Source: Klebsormidium nitens | Taxonomy: Eukaryota > Plantae > Klebsormidiophyceae | Assembly: GCA_000708835.1 (NCBI GenBank) | Contig: DF236969.1 | Coordinates: forward strand, 322,965-386,725 | Direction of reading: 5' to 3' | Length of the DNA stretch: 63,761 bases | In this document: in pieces, positions 46,201 to 60,649 of the stretch | Position numbering within the stretch: position 1 is the stretch's first letter | Layout of the letters: every line of letters starts with the position of its first letter | The notes under the pieces: model-generated | Databases searched by the model: none | What the model saw: the letters and a program-made list of their open reading frames with translations, nothing else | Told to the model about the DNA's origin: nothing | Position numbers and translations under genes: made by a program

Positions 46201-49200
46201 TATTGTTCTTCTTCGAGCATGTTTTGTCGCCGGTCACAATAAAAAGGTTTTACATTTCAGGCTGAACAAGAGGCACTAAGCGAGCATAGAGGGGTAGATA
46301 ACGTGTCCGCCAAGCACGCTGCTCGATCAAAATTGATTCTTCAATAACAACCTAGATTGACCGCAAAGTTTCTTAACTCCGCTCGTTTCCACCAGACCGC
46401 TAGTAGCTTGCTTGCAGAAATGTGACGATGCTGCTTGCCTGTAGTTGACGTCTGCGACGGCCCAACCGCGAGAGGTCCAGTACTGGATGCCCAGCTTCAA
46501 GGACGTGCCCACCTCGGAGGTGGGACCTCCTGAAAGATACGCAAGGGAGAAGAGGAAACCAGTCAGCTGTCGTAAGCTGCTGCCAAACTCAGGCCACACC
46601 AAGCCTGAGCGAAGGAGCCGTAGTGTCAAATCTTGAGAGGAGCTTGGTGACGTGGCAATCGGCAGATTCGGCCTCCACCAGCAAGGAGCAGACGCGGTTA
46701 GAAGCACGAAAGCGCTGCTGCGCCCCAGGGTACACTACCCGCATGCGCAAACCACATAAACGCCGACAAGCTTTTGCGCAAACGCAGCTAAAACGGAGCG
46801 CGCACCGTGGCTCTTGACGAGCAGCGGCGGCTTCTCCCCTGGCGTCCCCTGGAAGTCGGCGTTGGCGGGCGGGTAGTAAATAGCGTATGCCGTCTCGCCG
46901 TCCTTGGTGGGGAAGCTGATGGACTCGGGGACCGTCAGGTACGGCCGGTACTTGCCCGTGTCCAGCGAGCTGGAGCAGAAGAGCACGCTCTGAGCGACGC
47001 CGCCCTTGAGATCGGGTGAGAGTTCGACCTGGGGCAAGCCAGAGTCGCAAGTGTGTAAGGAGCTCTTGCTCGAGGATGTCGAGAATGTGAAATCGACAGG
47101 ATCCTAGGTCGCCCTGACAGTGATCAAATGCGGTATGTGATACTTTTTCATAATTGAACCTCTTCAGAAAGAGACTCTCAGGGAGAGCGCCCGGAGTTGG
47201 AGTGGTTCGTCTGCAAACACCTAGAGCGGCTTAACCGTGTAGCGTGAGGCCGCGAACTTCTGATGCGAGTCGAATCATCAGGAGTACCCACTCGGAAAGA
47301 GACTTGAAGACCAACCGGCGAAGTACTTGTGTACCGTTTACTAATGGATGGCTTGGACCGGCTTGCGGGCGACTCACCGACAACACGGAAGGGGCTTCGG
47401 TCGCCGAGGCTGCCACGGTCAAAAGCTTGCCTCCTCCAGACCCCTGCAAGAGCGTTCCCTGAATATCGGTCTCAAGAGCCGCCACGAACGTGAGAAACGC
47501 ACATCTATGAATTGCGCCTTTTAGCACACTTGGATACCTTGATGATGGGTTGCGGAGCCTCCCGTGGTTGTTCTGATACTCCATGTTCGCACGACATGCA
47601 AGCCCGTGTAACGAGCCCTTATTTGTCGTCAGGAGAGTTGCTGCGCAAGCCTAACATGTCAAGCTCTGACCCGAACACGAAGTTGGAGCGTTGGTGATGC
47701 AAGAAACTTTCAACAGCCTGGAAACTCCATGCAATACGTCCGTTGCAGGGAAGGTTATTTGAACAAAAACTTGGTCTTACCACATATGATATGTCGGAGT
47801 AGGCGGTCTCGACCGGGTACAGGGCTTTGGAGGAGGCGTCGATTACGGCCAGCTTGCCGATGCCTTTGTCTCTGCAAGGGCACACAAGACACGTAAAGTC
47901 GCTCGCCGAACAGCATAAATTCTCAGTCGACGTAACGGCCAAGCACTGCATCGAAAGCAGGCTGCCGCTTCCGGTCAGCAACATTTGCGAGCATCCGGGA
48001 CCAGACTTGGCCACTACTACGAAGGAAAGGCCAGTTTTGGATTATTATGGAGCGGGAGGGGTCGGCCGTACCGATAGGCGGCCAGGATGTGCGTTCCTTT
48101 GCCCGCAGTCTCAGGGACGAAGGTGAACGTCTGGATGCCCAACAACCACTGCGGCAGGGCGAACTCCGCCTCGAGCGAGGTGATTGCTTCAGACGACGAT
48201 CCGTCCTGGGTGGAACAGAGCAGTTCTTATTTAGAGGCACTCGGTTTAATTGCTTCTGAATGGGATTCTCGCCACAAGCCAGCAAGTATGCGGCTTGCAA
48301 TCCTCAACCAATCCCCCAAGATTATGATCGCTCTCTCAGGCCACGTGGACAAGGTTCTTTGCCTCGACAAGCGTCAAGTAGTCGCACACACGAGAAAGAA
48401 CTACCTTAAATGAAGCCACCCGGCACCGCCCCCAAGTGCGCAATGCAGATGCTCGACAGGATTCACCTTGCAACCTTGAAGAAACAAAACTGATCGTGGG
48501 AAATTACGCCCCTTTGAGAAGAAGACCGCGAGGAGACGTCAACGTGCTTACCCATCTGTGGATGTTCCAAAAGCCGGTGCCTTTATCGGTGACATAGAAG
48601 AGTTCGCCTGCAACAAGAAGAGAAGTGCGAGGCATTGAAACAATTTGAACGGAAAACGAGCCCCTTTCGCCGAAATGCCAGGATCTGACGGCTCCCTGCG
48701 TGCAGACCTGGCGCAGCAATATGCTGAGCAGGTTTGAAGACAATCAAGTCGGATCCTGTCTACATGATTTTCCAGTCCGATAAACAGCAGGTCAACATAG
48801 TGACGTACCCGTTCTTACCTGCAGGCGACCAGCTAGGTTGTGTGGCCGCCTCAACAGCCCCATCCTTCCCGCCTGCAATTGACCGGACGTTGCTCAACTC
48901 CCTGCAGTTCAACAACTTAGTCGGTGAAAGCGAGCAACGAATCGTGACGTTACTTGAAGGACAGATGGGGGAACCACGGCTATCGAAATAAGGGAACGGA
49001 CAACGCTTAGGCAGAAAACCCGACCAAAAATGTATGCCTGCACGCTTCAGTTGCGGACTAGGATCTCCAGGACCAGACGGTCCATGACGACATGGGCTTC
49101 TTCTTCTTCATCAGGGCTCCTTATGATGGTCAAGGCTACAGGACAACCAAGGACAGGACTCATGGCTTTATCAAGCTCGTATTGAAATCAGTCATTTCTA

Positions 49201-51560
49201 ACGAAGGACGCGCTCACCCTGCATCGGTGACGTCAGCTAGCCAGAGCTGCGTTGCGTCCCAGGGCATATTCGGATGCTCCCACGTGGTGAACGCCAGCTG
49301 GCGCCCGTCAGGACTTAGACGGGGGTAGCTTACGAAGTCGTGGCCAGTCACCAGCACGACAGGTTCTGGAGGGTACAAAAGGCACTTCGAATCAAATGAG
49401 TTCGTTCGATTCTGACTCTGCGTATGACTCGAGCTTCAAAGCTGTGGATACCGAGTCCACAATCAATGAACAGCTACGTTATGAGAGTCCTTTTGCCGAT
49501 GGACAATCTGGCGTCATCAGCTTCGTTCTGATACGGGAGTGTACCACACGGCTTGTCTGTGGCTTTCAGCCACCTTCTTGTGAAGGGAAATTCCTGTTTG
49601 GTTTGGAATGCCTCCAGAAGCTTCAGGGTCCGAGTTGGTGAATGACAAACCGCAAGCCCGCTTGTGTCCAAGAATATCGTGACAAGTGTTGTGACGCTAT
49701 GACTTAAAAAGGGGGTTCATCCATTAGTCAGGTGAAGGTTTGGCAAGGTGGCCGGCATTCAAAGTACAAGGCCTTACCAGCGGTTGGATTTGTCAGGTCA
49801 ACCGCTACAATCTCGTTTTTGCACTCCTTCCCTTCTTCTCGATGATCTGCAGGCGGAGAATGTGAGAAACGGTCGATGTCTTTCGCATTGTGTTGTCCTG
49901 AGCACGTCCTTTCAAATTAGCGGGATGTACCTGCCTGCAACATGCTGAGTGCACTCCGCCCTCCTCTCAAAAAAATGGTCAATCCTTGATGCTACATCAA
50001 GCCACTTGACATCAGGTGAGCCGGATTCCTTGTGGCAAGTTACTTGTGAACTACCATTGGAAGGACTCCTTGCAAGCGTCGATGAAAAGTCCCATGAGCG
50101 GAAAGAAGACTTTGTAGGGTAATGTATAGAGGGCCCGACCTTCTCTGATGGTGATGAAGCGTTGGCGCTGCGTGTCGAGCACCCCATCGCCATACCTGAC
50201 CTTCATCCCTTCGACCTCCGGAGTCAGCGCAACAGGAGTCTGATCTGCGCACATGATTGGTATAGCTCTCAGGTATAGACCCTTTTTCGATTCGAGTTCT
50301 GCCCCACCTTGCTCAGCGGTGCCGAGTGGAGCATGTGAGAACTGTAAGCCTCTTCGTGGTTTGCGGAGAGACAATTCCACACTGATTGATGACGTTTACA
50401 GATCACAACCAGCTTTTTCGATGGCCAAATCAACCTGCTTGATCAACAAACGTAACCACAGTCTTTTTAACTGCTTTTCTCAGAGGACGCACATGGTTAT
50501 ATAGCGCCTTCAGAGGTACAAACAAATCTTTGGGCTTACCTCCAGTCAATTTCTGCATGTAGAGCCGCTGATCCTTCATGTTTGAATAGATGACGCAGTC
50601 AGCGAACAACCCCCAGCTCTCTCCCCCATATTCATGGACCAGGGTACGAACGTTGTGGTCCGCGGGAGTAAGGTCCTTCTGTGGACCATCAGACAGGCCG
50701 TCCCGCATAACCAGGACACTCCGCCTGCGGAAAGAAAACTCTCAATTGTCATCGGAAGTGACGCATTGAAAACCCTTTGTCTTAAAGTGATATCAATTCG
50801 TTGCGTGAAACACTGGAGCCCCACCACTCAACTTGACAATTTTGTTTGAGGACGCTTAGTAAGTTAGTAAGTGGTTGCATGGGTCTGTGTTCCAGGTGAT
50901 GCAAGCGCTTGGAGATCTCACTGGTTATTGCGCAGTAGCAGCTGTGGGTTTGATGGGAAGACTTTCATTGTAGACAAAAGCAGCAGCGCAATCAGGGCAA
51001 CAAGACCTGAAGCTTAGGGGCTAAACAAGTGGCAGCAGTGGCCTCATTGTGTCTGGATTGAATGATGTCGCTTACCCGGCTTCTGAAGGTCTCCCTTCCT
51101 TCCAAACAAGTTTTCCATCGTCACTGATCTGTGCCTGTCCCAGCCTGAGCGACCCCGAAGTCACCAGCTCGGTGGTCAGTGGTGACTTCCAAGCACCGAA
51201 TGGCGCCTCCTGCTTTGTGCCAGCAGCGGTTGCCATTACGCTCAGCGATGCCGGGGGCCCCCGCCTCGACGTCAGATGAATCAATGCAGGGTATACGAGC
51301 GTGCTGCTGAGACCTGGTCCTAGCAAAGGAGTCCCTTGGGGGCTTCTAGGCGCCCAGTCAGAATTTCTCTGAACGGCGAGCTCTGAGCTCCTCCTCTGCA
51401 CGAATGTTCTCCAGGGTTGCCAACCTAATTGCGCTTCAGCAGCAGAAAGGGTTGAGCGAGGAGCTTGAAGAGAGAGCGTAAAGCTTTTAGCGAGGCGATC
51501 AGGGCGGACAAAGCTTGCTGCAATCATGGTGGCTCTCATGCAAGCTTTTGATTGCAGCAT
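43224..51560 (-). CDS. Peptidase S9 (prolyl oligopeptidase family, acylamino-acid-releasing-enzyme-like); about 16 exons
   Basis: Motifs [59 protein letters not shown], nucleophile [24 protein letters not shown] and EQHGFRK give a complete Ser-Asp-His triad. Confidence 0.93.
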
Positions 51561-52220
51561 TGAATGTCGCGCTACAAATAGCCAAGTGCATGACCACGTT
51601 TCTCACACCAGGTTAATACACGGAAAGAAGAACGACACTCGAGAATAAAGCTTCTGGTTCCGTCACCTTTTTCAGAAGAGGTTTATACTGTTTCTAACCG
51701 AGCGGGCTCCAAAAAGTTTTGGGTTATCTAAACCCAAGATCTTAGCTTGGCTACTGCATAGGTAGTCCTGAGGCTGAGGCTGTCGAATGAAAACTGTGTC
51801 TGCAGTTCTACAGCATTCCCTCCGTTTCAGCTGCTCGTCTTGGACGCAAAGGGCTCATTTAAGCTCCCTTGTCCTCCATTGTCGAAATTTGACTGCAGAA
51901 TGGATGATTTCCTGCTATTCATAGAGTCTTGATAGGTCTTTTCCTCTTTCCATGAGGAAATTCAGCGCTACATCTCAATGAGACAATCACACTGCGCTGC
52001 CGATTAAGCCGTGTCACAATCTCTGCCATCGCAAACGTACGCTCAATGATTATTTGAGATCCTGCTGGCTACCATCAGGCTTTTAAGGTATTGGGCTCTG
52101 CTCCCAGATTCCCACTGGCGAGACATTGGACCACAGATAACATCGAAGATTGTCCAATGAGAGAAGCCTTCTGCAGGAACGAAAGGCCCTGCTTTTGATG
52201 GTCCTAAGAAGGCCATCTCC

Positions 52221-55127
52221 ATGGGTGGCTCTCCTGAGGAGGCACATGGCTTGCAGCAAGGCCTCAACTTGGAAGGTCCTATCCAGTTCCCCAGGCCTGT
52301 CGTCGACGCATTTTCTGGCGCCGTTGCTGGGGGGGTGGCTCGAGTGGCCATTGCGCCCCTCGATGTTATCAAGATAAGATTTCAGGTGTGGCATAAAAGA
52401 TGCACTTCTTTCAAGCATAGCGCACTGCGATTGGAGCCAGGTGCGATGCAGTGCTGCCGCCACATTCGGCGTTATCACGTTCCTTTTACTTTCACATTGT
52501 CCTCAGAAGGCTGATGCTGGGGCACTGAGACTCGTTCTTTAATTCAACTTCCTGTGTTTCCTTTAGGCCCTGATGCTTTGAATGCCATAAGAGGTGACTG
52601 AACCCGATCCGCCCCGTGTTCCAGGTGCAATTGGAGCCTTTGGGCCGAGGCCAGGTCAGTCGAGACGGTGTCAAGGCAGTGGTGCACAGCGCCTCCAAGT
52701 ACACTGGGGTCCTGCAAGCGGCAAGATCCATCTATCTTGAGGAAGGCATTAGAGTGAGGCAGGCAGCAATTCTCCCCTTTCACACGCCCGAAATCCCAAT
52801 TATGTTATGTCCAAGTTGATAGCATAAGATCCCCTGTAGCCAGATGCACCTTTAGTTCTATGGGCAAAAGCTGAAGCATGGAAAGGGCCTTAGCAAACGC
52901 CTCTACTACACCACCCGATCACGGGTCCATGATCGTGAATAAGGCTTTCCCACAATTTTGTCGTCGTCTTGCAGGGCCTCTGGCGGGGAACTGTTCCGGG
53001 TCTGATCCTGGTGATGCCTTACACGGCCATTCAGTTCACCGTCATGCTTAGATTCAAAACCCTGGTGGCAGGCTCCACAAAAGGAGGTGCGGTCCTGACA
53101 TCTCAGTACGCTTCAGCTTTTGACCTGATTCCAACCACAGCGCAGCTGCTTCTTAGGCCCCTCTAAACAAGGCGGTTTTCCCCCGCCCCAGGAAAGATGT
53201 GGACGCTAGTAGTCAGTGAATGTACATTGCTCTCTTCTTCAGCGGTCCTTCACTGTGCACCAAGCTTCAAGCTTGTCCTTCCTATTCAGAGCGCTTCTCT
53301 AGGATCCCTTCCTGGGTCCTTCGTCAGCTTAGTTGCAGACTTCCAGGTTTCAAGTGGCCTCAGATTGTCCTGATTGGAACTCTTTTGCGCCGCAGTTGAT
53401 CACCTCGAGTTGAGCCCTGTTCTATCATATGTTGGGGGCGCGGTGGCCGGTTCTGCCGCCACCCTGGGGTCGTACCCCTTTGACCTCCTGCGTACCACAT
53501 TGGCTGCACAAGGAAACCCCCCGGTAAGAAACTCTTGGGTTCCAAAGTGAGGCAAGGCCAGATTCAGGTCCTGGCTAGGACAGGGGTGGGCCTGGGTCAG
53601 AAGAAGGGGGTAAAGTGCCGATGAAACAGATTGAGGTCGGGGTGTTCCAATCGACATTTCTAGAATGCACCTGGCCATTGAGGTGCGCAACTCATCAGTA
53701 TCTTTCGAACCAGGGAAATGTGACGTACCTTGATATAAAAGGACTCCCGCTCAAACTCCTGTGCTCGCGGCTGGATTGATTGCAGACTCATGGCCGAATG
53801 ACATGGGCTTAAGTAGTCTGGCTCTCATTGTGGCAGAAATACCCGACCATGCGGGCCGCGGCTGTCGACATTTTCCGGAGACGGGGCATCCGCGGCTTGT
53901 ACGCAGGGCTCACCCCGACCCTTTTCGAGATCATCCCCTACGCAGGCATCCAGTTCGGAGCTTATGACTCCCTTAAGCGGGCCATGATGGTGAGCCGCCA
54001 GATGCTTCGGCCTTTTTTCGACTCACCCAATGCGGTGCTGACCAGAAACACCAAGACTTGGTGCCATTTCTGTCGTTTTTTGCCGTTCCTAGCAGTTGTC
54101 GGACTATGAGGACGTCGTGACGGGAAAAGTGCTGGTGATAAGGCCGTCGACAATCACACCACCCTCTTCTTGCAACGTTCACGAATCAGAGAATATTATG
54201 TGCGAGCACCTGTTTCAATCTCTGTGGTGCGCAGGCCTACAATGCGCAAAAGTATGGGGAAGACGGACCGGCACATTCCGTGGGCGCGGCTAATCTAACC
54301 ACCCCGCAACACTTCATGATCGGGCTGGGTGCCGGGCTGATTGCCAAGACTGCGACGCACCCACTAGACGTGATCAAGAAGCGGTTCCAGGTAAGGAGGC
54401 CTCGTTCGTTCTGCCGGACAGGTGTGAGGAGCTTCGTCCGTTGTTCTGCTAGGTCGGTGCGTCAGGAGTGCTTACTTACTGGACCAAACACGGTCGGGCG
54501 AGCGAATGAGCGACTGTGCGCAAAGTACAGGAGCTCAAGCAGAGTCCCTACACAACAAAACGGCAGTCTGGTTTCCGAACAATCTCGACTCTGAGATTGT
54601 ACGATACCTCAATTGTCCGAGTGAGCCGTGTATCAACGGCTACCACTATTAGAGATTGCGAGCCGTTACATATCCAATTTGGCTCTCACTCTCTTGTGAC
54701 CTCCATCGCACGCACTTGAGCTGCGGTCACAGGATCTCAGTCTTGGAACTCGAACGTCTTCCTTCCTCAAGTGCAGACCCTGGAACTTTGTTATACCTCC
54801 TGAGGCAAGGTTCATGGCATGAGCCCTGATCCATTATGGAAGTCGAACTTGGGTCACCGCTTGTTGCAGGTTCGAGGCCTTGAGCGGCATCCCAGCTACG
54901 GAAAGAGGGTGGACGAGACAGCGTACCGGGGCATCGTAAGCACTGCCCGGCACATCATTCAAACGGAAGGAGTACGGGGGGTGTACAAGGGCATCTGGCC
55001 CTCGGTTATCAAGGCGGCTCCTAATGCGGCCATCATTTTTGCAGTTTATGAGAAAGTCTCACATTGGTTAGAACCTTTCGTAAACCACACGGAAGGCGAG
55101 CGGTTACAAGAATCAAGACCACATTGA
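52221..55127 (+). CDS. SLC25A19: Mitochondrial thiamine pyrophosphate carrier (SLC25A19/Tpc1-like); 7 exons
   Basis: Three carrier signatures: [17 protein letters not shown] and [31 protein letters not shown] and [14 protein letters not shown] match plant TPP carriers. Confidence 0.9.
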
Positions 55128-56147
55128 TTAATGAGATGAAGCGCTTCACCCGTTGGTCATTGCAGAATTCTTTCAAGCCATTGACTTCCACAATTGAACC
55201 GCGTGCAACTCAGGCTTGGTTGGAGTGGCTCCATCTGGAGTAATAGGAGTTGCTCCCTTGATGCAGTGGCTCCTCAAATCGTCCGATCCGGTTGTTGGTT
55301 GTACGTTTATCAACGATCAACAAGTTCTCGCCTGAGCGTAATGTAGGAGTGCCCTATGATGTACTCCTATCGATCCGAGGCTGCTTCATGCACATATGCA
55401 TATCAAAAGCGCTTGTATCTTCATGGATCCAAGTTGACGATTCCGAACTTGGATTATGCAATCTGGTCGACTGTTCGAGTTGACTTGTTAATAGATTGGA
55501 CACACAAGCATGCGCTTGAGATTCAGTGCGGAACAGCAACAAAATGCAATATATCAATGTTATCATTGCATGACGACAAAATTGCAATGAGGTATCTACT
55601 AGGTAGGTTGGAGTCAATATGGCCTTGAAAGTAAAGTTTTTAAGTTTGCGAGCTTCCTGGGACTAAAATCTAGAAGGTTTTGGGGTTGCATTCGGTAGGA
55701 GCAGATCGTCTGATCAACTGCCTCAAACTGCAATTTGCAGCATGGAAGCGAATCTAGCTGCTGCGGTCGGCGGTAACAATTTTACCTCGCTGCTCAGTAT
55801 CCCGTTACCAGGCCGTCGTGGAGAAACGGCGTCTCGCAAGTCCTCGCAAGACCGTGAACTTGGAGTGCCGCTGCATCAATCCGGTACCTCTCACTCAGAC
55901 AGACTCTCGTCTAGAGAACCGGCAAGGTGCTTCCGACTCCCGAGCAACTGCGAAGTTCGACTTCCTTCGGGGATCATCCCAATTTGAGCACACTTGAGTT
56001 CACATGCAGGGGGTCCATGACCTGGCAGGCTCGGAGACGAAGGACAAGGCGAAGGACGGGGAAAAGGGGATTCAAAGCGGCGCAGACGCCCATGCGTACA
56101 GTAACATCTGGCCGTATCCCACATGATCAACTGCAAGGGGCGTTGAG

Positions 56148-59100
56148 ATGGAGGACGATGATGATAGCTTGCTTCTGAATTTTGTGACAAGTGGTGGTGG
56201 CACTGCTACAGGGAAGAGGAAGAGTTCCAAAACAAGATATGCAGAGCGGCATAGCAAGGCAGCGAAGAAGAGGAGAGTACAGGCTGGCGCGTCTGGCGGC
56301 CTACACAAAGGATTACTTGGTCAGGAGACCGGCAAAGGAAAGCCTGTTAGTCTGCCTGCGGAACAGCTGAATGAAACGGAGGAAAGGGGGGGGACTACCG
56401 TCAGCCATCAAAAGCCAGTGTGGGCAGGTAGAAAAGTTGACGACCTAGCAAGATCCGGGGGTGCCGACCGGAAAGCAGGCACGCGTCCAATTGCCGCCAA
56501 ACAGGATGTGAAAGCAGCATCGAGCGATAAATTCTCATTTAAGAAGAATGCAGGCCCGCCCAAGCAATCGTTTGGAAATCGGGGTAATGGTTTGGGATCA
56601 GTCGGCAATGCTGGTGGTCAGGGTGAGAGGGACCAATCTGTTTGGGGAGATGCCGAGCCTCCTGTAAAATCAGGGGCTGTGCAGAAAGCACCGTCTCATG
56701 GGGTGCACCAAGCCACGAATGCATCTGCAACCAACGCTGCGGGCGCAAAGCCTGCCAAGTCAGAACCACTGTCAGCAGAAGCAGCTCGGAGCGTCTTCTC
56801 TGCCAGCAGCTTTGCAGAGCTGGGCCTATCCGCCCCGGTGGCGCAGCATATCGAAGGTGGGTTTAAGAGTGATGGAGGTTTGATTGACTGATTAAGTTGT
56901 TTACAAAGCTTGAGAGAGGTTCTTGCCGGCTTACACCACCCACTTGATAGAGTCCAGCCTATTTTTCTTCTGGTCCCTGGAATCAATTTTGGAATGCACA
57001 ACACACCACTTCTCTATGAGCTAGCAGGGAGCTGAAAGAACGTCTCAGTACTTAGCAGCTGCTTCCCACCAGTGGTTTCCTGATACCATTTGAATCGATT
57101 ATGGCAAGTTTGCGCCCTGTGCTCATGTTGAAGTCAAGTGTTTGTGCCTTGATGAAGTGCACAAGCTCTTTTCTTGCAGGGGCTCGTATGGAAAGCCAAA
57201 TAAAGCAGGGGTCTGATGAAAAGCTGCTTGTAATGTGCAGGAGGGCTGGGTTTCACTGCCCCCACCCACGTACAGAAAGCGGCCATCCCTGCGATGCTCA
57301 CTGGACGTGATGCCTTGGTGAAGGCTGATACCGGCAGTGGGAAGACCCTCGCATACTTGGCACCCATTGTTGACCAATTGGCAATAAGAGACAAGAAAGT
57401 CGAAAGGCACGATGGCACCTATGGTGAGCCGCTTTTGAGGACGCAAGGTTATGATTCATCTGCAATCTGCACCTGCGTTAAACAACTTCTCGATGGAACT
57501 GTCCTGAGACTCGCGGAGTTTTGGTATCTCACCAACCGCTCTTGAGGCTGCCAAATTTGTCGCTCTGATTTTGCAGAGCGATGAACCGTATGTCTTATGT
57601 TTGTGCATTTCGGTGTCAGCTTGGAAGCACTCATTGTGACCTTGTGTGGCACTTTGTAGTCTATTGACACCCGCCGGCTTTGGTTTGTTGCAGCCCTGAT
57701 CTTGGCCCCAACTCGGGAGCTGTGCCTCCAGATCACTGGCGTGGCTGAGAAGCTGGTGAAGCGCTTCATCTGGCTGGTGCCGGGCCAGATTATGGGGGGC
57801 GAGAAGAAGGCCAAGGAGAAGGCACGCCTCAGAAAAGGTGGGGCCGTTGCCTCTCATCTTGATGTTGTTCGAAGGAAGATTTATGATGAGCAAACGTATC
57901 AACTTTGTCTCATGCCAGATTGACTGCTCCATTTAGTCCGTTTTTATCGTGCAACAGCAATTCATTTCAATCTAGCCTGCTCTATTCTCATTGTGTGCAT
58001 GCTGAAAGGTGGAGACCTCTAACCGCAGCAGACGAGCATGTTTTCTGTATTTTGTGGGCCATCTTTTCATCGCCTTTTCGACGGGCATCGTATCTACTTG
58101 TGTGGTTGTTTGGCAGGAGTGACCATCTTGGTGGCGACCCCCGGTCGACTGCTCGACCATCTGAAAAGCACGGCGTCCTTCCGGCTCGACAACTTGCAAT
58201 GGCTCATCTTCGACGAAGCAGACAGGTAAGCCCACCGAGGAGTCGGATTGTCAACATTAACCTGGACAGTCCTCCTTCTGAATTTTTGCAAGAGTAGTGT
58301 CATTTCTGGAAGTCTAAATCGTGAAGCGTCCAAAAAACAAGACATGGTGGATTGATTGAGTGTGTTAAGGCGCCGATGTCGTTCGTACTTGACGCAATCC
58401 AAAGCTTGCATCGCACACTTTGACCTTGTAGCACTGCGGCTGCCGACCTCGAGTGCAATGGAGCCCCATCTCCATTGGCAGAAGCTGCGACTAACAAACT
58501 GAACGCGTCGTATTGCGCAGGTTGCTGGACCTCGGCTTCGAGAAGGACATCGTGCAGATTCTCGAAATCCTGGATGACCCCAGCAAGAAGGGCGCATATC
58601 GCGGCGTTCGACGGCAGATTGCGCTCTTCTCCGCCACGCTCAACGCTCGCGTAGACCGCCTCGCAAACCTCAGCCTCGCCAACCCGCTCAAAGTCGGTTT
58701 AGATAGCCCAAACCCTCCGGCGGGAGCCTCCGACGCCGGGCCACAAGCGCAGGATGCTGCAGGGGGTGATGCAGACGCAGACGCTTTCGACCTAGAGAAG
58801 GACTTGGACGATGTGTTTGCCTCTGAGAAGGACGAGCAGTTCCGTATCCCCAGCCAGCTGCGGCAGTTCTACATCAAGGTGCCCTGGAAGCTGCGCCTCA
58901 TAACGCTGTGCACGTTCCTGCGGGCCAAGACAGCGGCCGCTGCCGCGCGGTGCAAAGCCGTCGTCTTCTTCTCCACGTGCGACGCCGTCGAGTTCCACCA
59001 CCTGCTGCTCAGCACGTTCAGCCTGCAGGAAGAGAGCGGGAAAGAGGCGGGGACGTATGTGTCGTGCCCGGTGTTCAAGCTGCACGGAAACCTGTCCCAA

Positions 59101-60649
59101 AAGGAGCGCTCGCAGACGTTCTTCGCTTTCGGCAAGGCGGCGTCGGGGGTGCTGCTGTGCACGGACGTGGCTGCGCGGGGGCTCGACATCCCGGCGGTGA
59201 ACGTGATCGTGCAGTACGACACGCCGGGGGAGGCCGAGGAGTATGTGCACAGGTGAACAGGCAAAGTAGTAAAAGTTTTCCTCGTTCCACAGCGGTTGAG
59301 TAGCAGAGGGGGGGGCTGCAGGGAGCATTTTTTGGACAGTTGGGGAGATGAGTGCGTTCGAGGTTGGCAGGGATCATGTGCTTGTTCGTTAATGGAGGCT
59401 CTGCTATTGAGGGAATGGTGGTATAAAGTGGGACCCGATTGACAGGCGGGTCCACTCTTTCCCTCATCGTAAGCATTGTCTTTGCCACGCTCCGCTTTCC
59501 ACTCAAACGCTGTCTTCACGGATTTCACAGTTTGCAATCGGCCCATTGCTGCGTCAACGTACTGACACGCACTCAGTCCGTCAGGTTTACCGCAACTGCA
59601 GTTAGGTTGTGTCCTGTGTCGTTCGAACCCTCCTGGGTCTTTTGTCAGCTCGACAACTTTCATCGCTGAAATATTGTGCTTCGCGCGCTGATCGGACTTG
59701 GCTTTGTGGTGCAGGGTCGGCCGCACTGCGCGGCTGGGCCAGGAGGGCGAGTCGTTCCTGTTCCTGCAGCCGAACGAGGTGGACTACCTGGACGTGCTGG
59801 CGCGGCGCCACGTGGCAGTCCAGCCGCTGGCGCTGATGGGCATCCTGGACGAGATCCCGCTGGACCGCCGAAAAGGGCGGGCCAAGGAGGCGCTCGTTCC
59901 CGAGGTGCATCCGGGCGTGCTCGCGCTGGAGAAGCGGCTCGAGGGGACGCTCGGGAAACAGGTGAGGGGGCGTGGTTTCAGCAGCTTCGTTGGCTTCAAC
60001 GTTGTGGAAAAAAGACGAGCTGGGCATCAGGTTATGGACAGAAGGTTGTGGATGTCTAATTGTTGCCTGGGCCAGTCATGTGTAGACTGTGGGCTCTCTT
60101 TCTCAAAGACGCTGAAGGGCCGCTAGATACACGGTTGGTACTTTATGTTCGGGAAGCTAAAAAAAACAGAAGTTACTTTCAAAATTCCTGAGACGCATGC
60201 AGCTTCCTAAGGCGCTTTTAACTTAAGTTGTCTTGGGCGGTTGCGATCGAGAGTACTGTCTGGATTAGTCGATGCAACTGACATGCGGGCCTACGGCAAA
60301 ATTGAGGACCTGCGTGTTGCAACGTCGAATTTGGCTGAGTGCATATCTTTATCCGTTTACCTTACGCAAAGTTCTTGTAACGCCGCAGCGAGAACTCCGG
60401 CAGCTGGCAACGGACGCCTTCCGGTCCTTCCTCCGGTCGTATGCGGCGCACCGGGGCAGCTTGAAGCAGATCTTCCACGTGAAACGGCTCCACCTGGGTC
60501 ACGTGGCTCGCAGCTTTGCTTTGAAAGACGCGCCCACCCTGCTGGGTCAGTCGTCCAAGAAGCTGGCCATGAAGAAGGAGAAGCAGGAGAGGCTCAAGAG
60601 GTTTACGAGGAAGAAGAAAAGAGTGACGGCGGCAACCATGGGAGAATAA
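56148..60649 (+). CDS. RH17: DEAD-box RNA helicase RH17 (DBP7/DDX31 orthologue); 7 exons
   Basis: Motifs [67 protein letters not shown] and YVHR/VGRTAR, plus the C-terminal [17 protein letters not shown]. Confidence 0.95.

Noticed and set aside
57880-58005. Possible intronic box C/D snoRNA in RH17 (ATGATGA...CTGA)
   Set aside because: No terminal stem or evident rRNA-complementary guide.
58869-59726. 285-aa minus-strand ORF
   Set aside because: It is antisense to an RH17 exon and intron and has no motifs.
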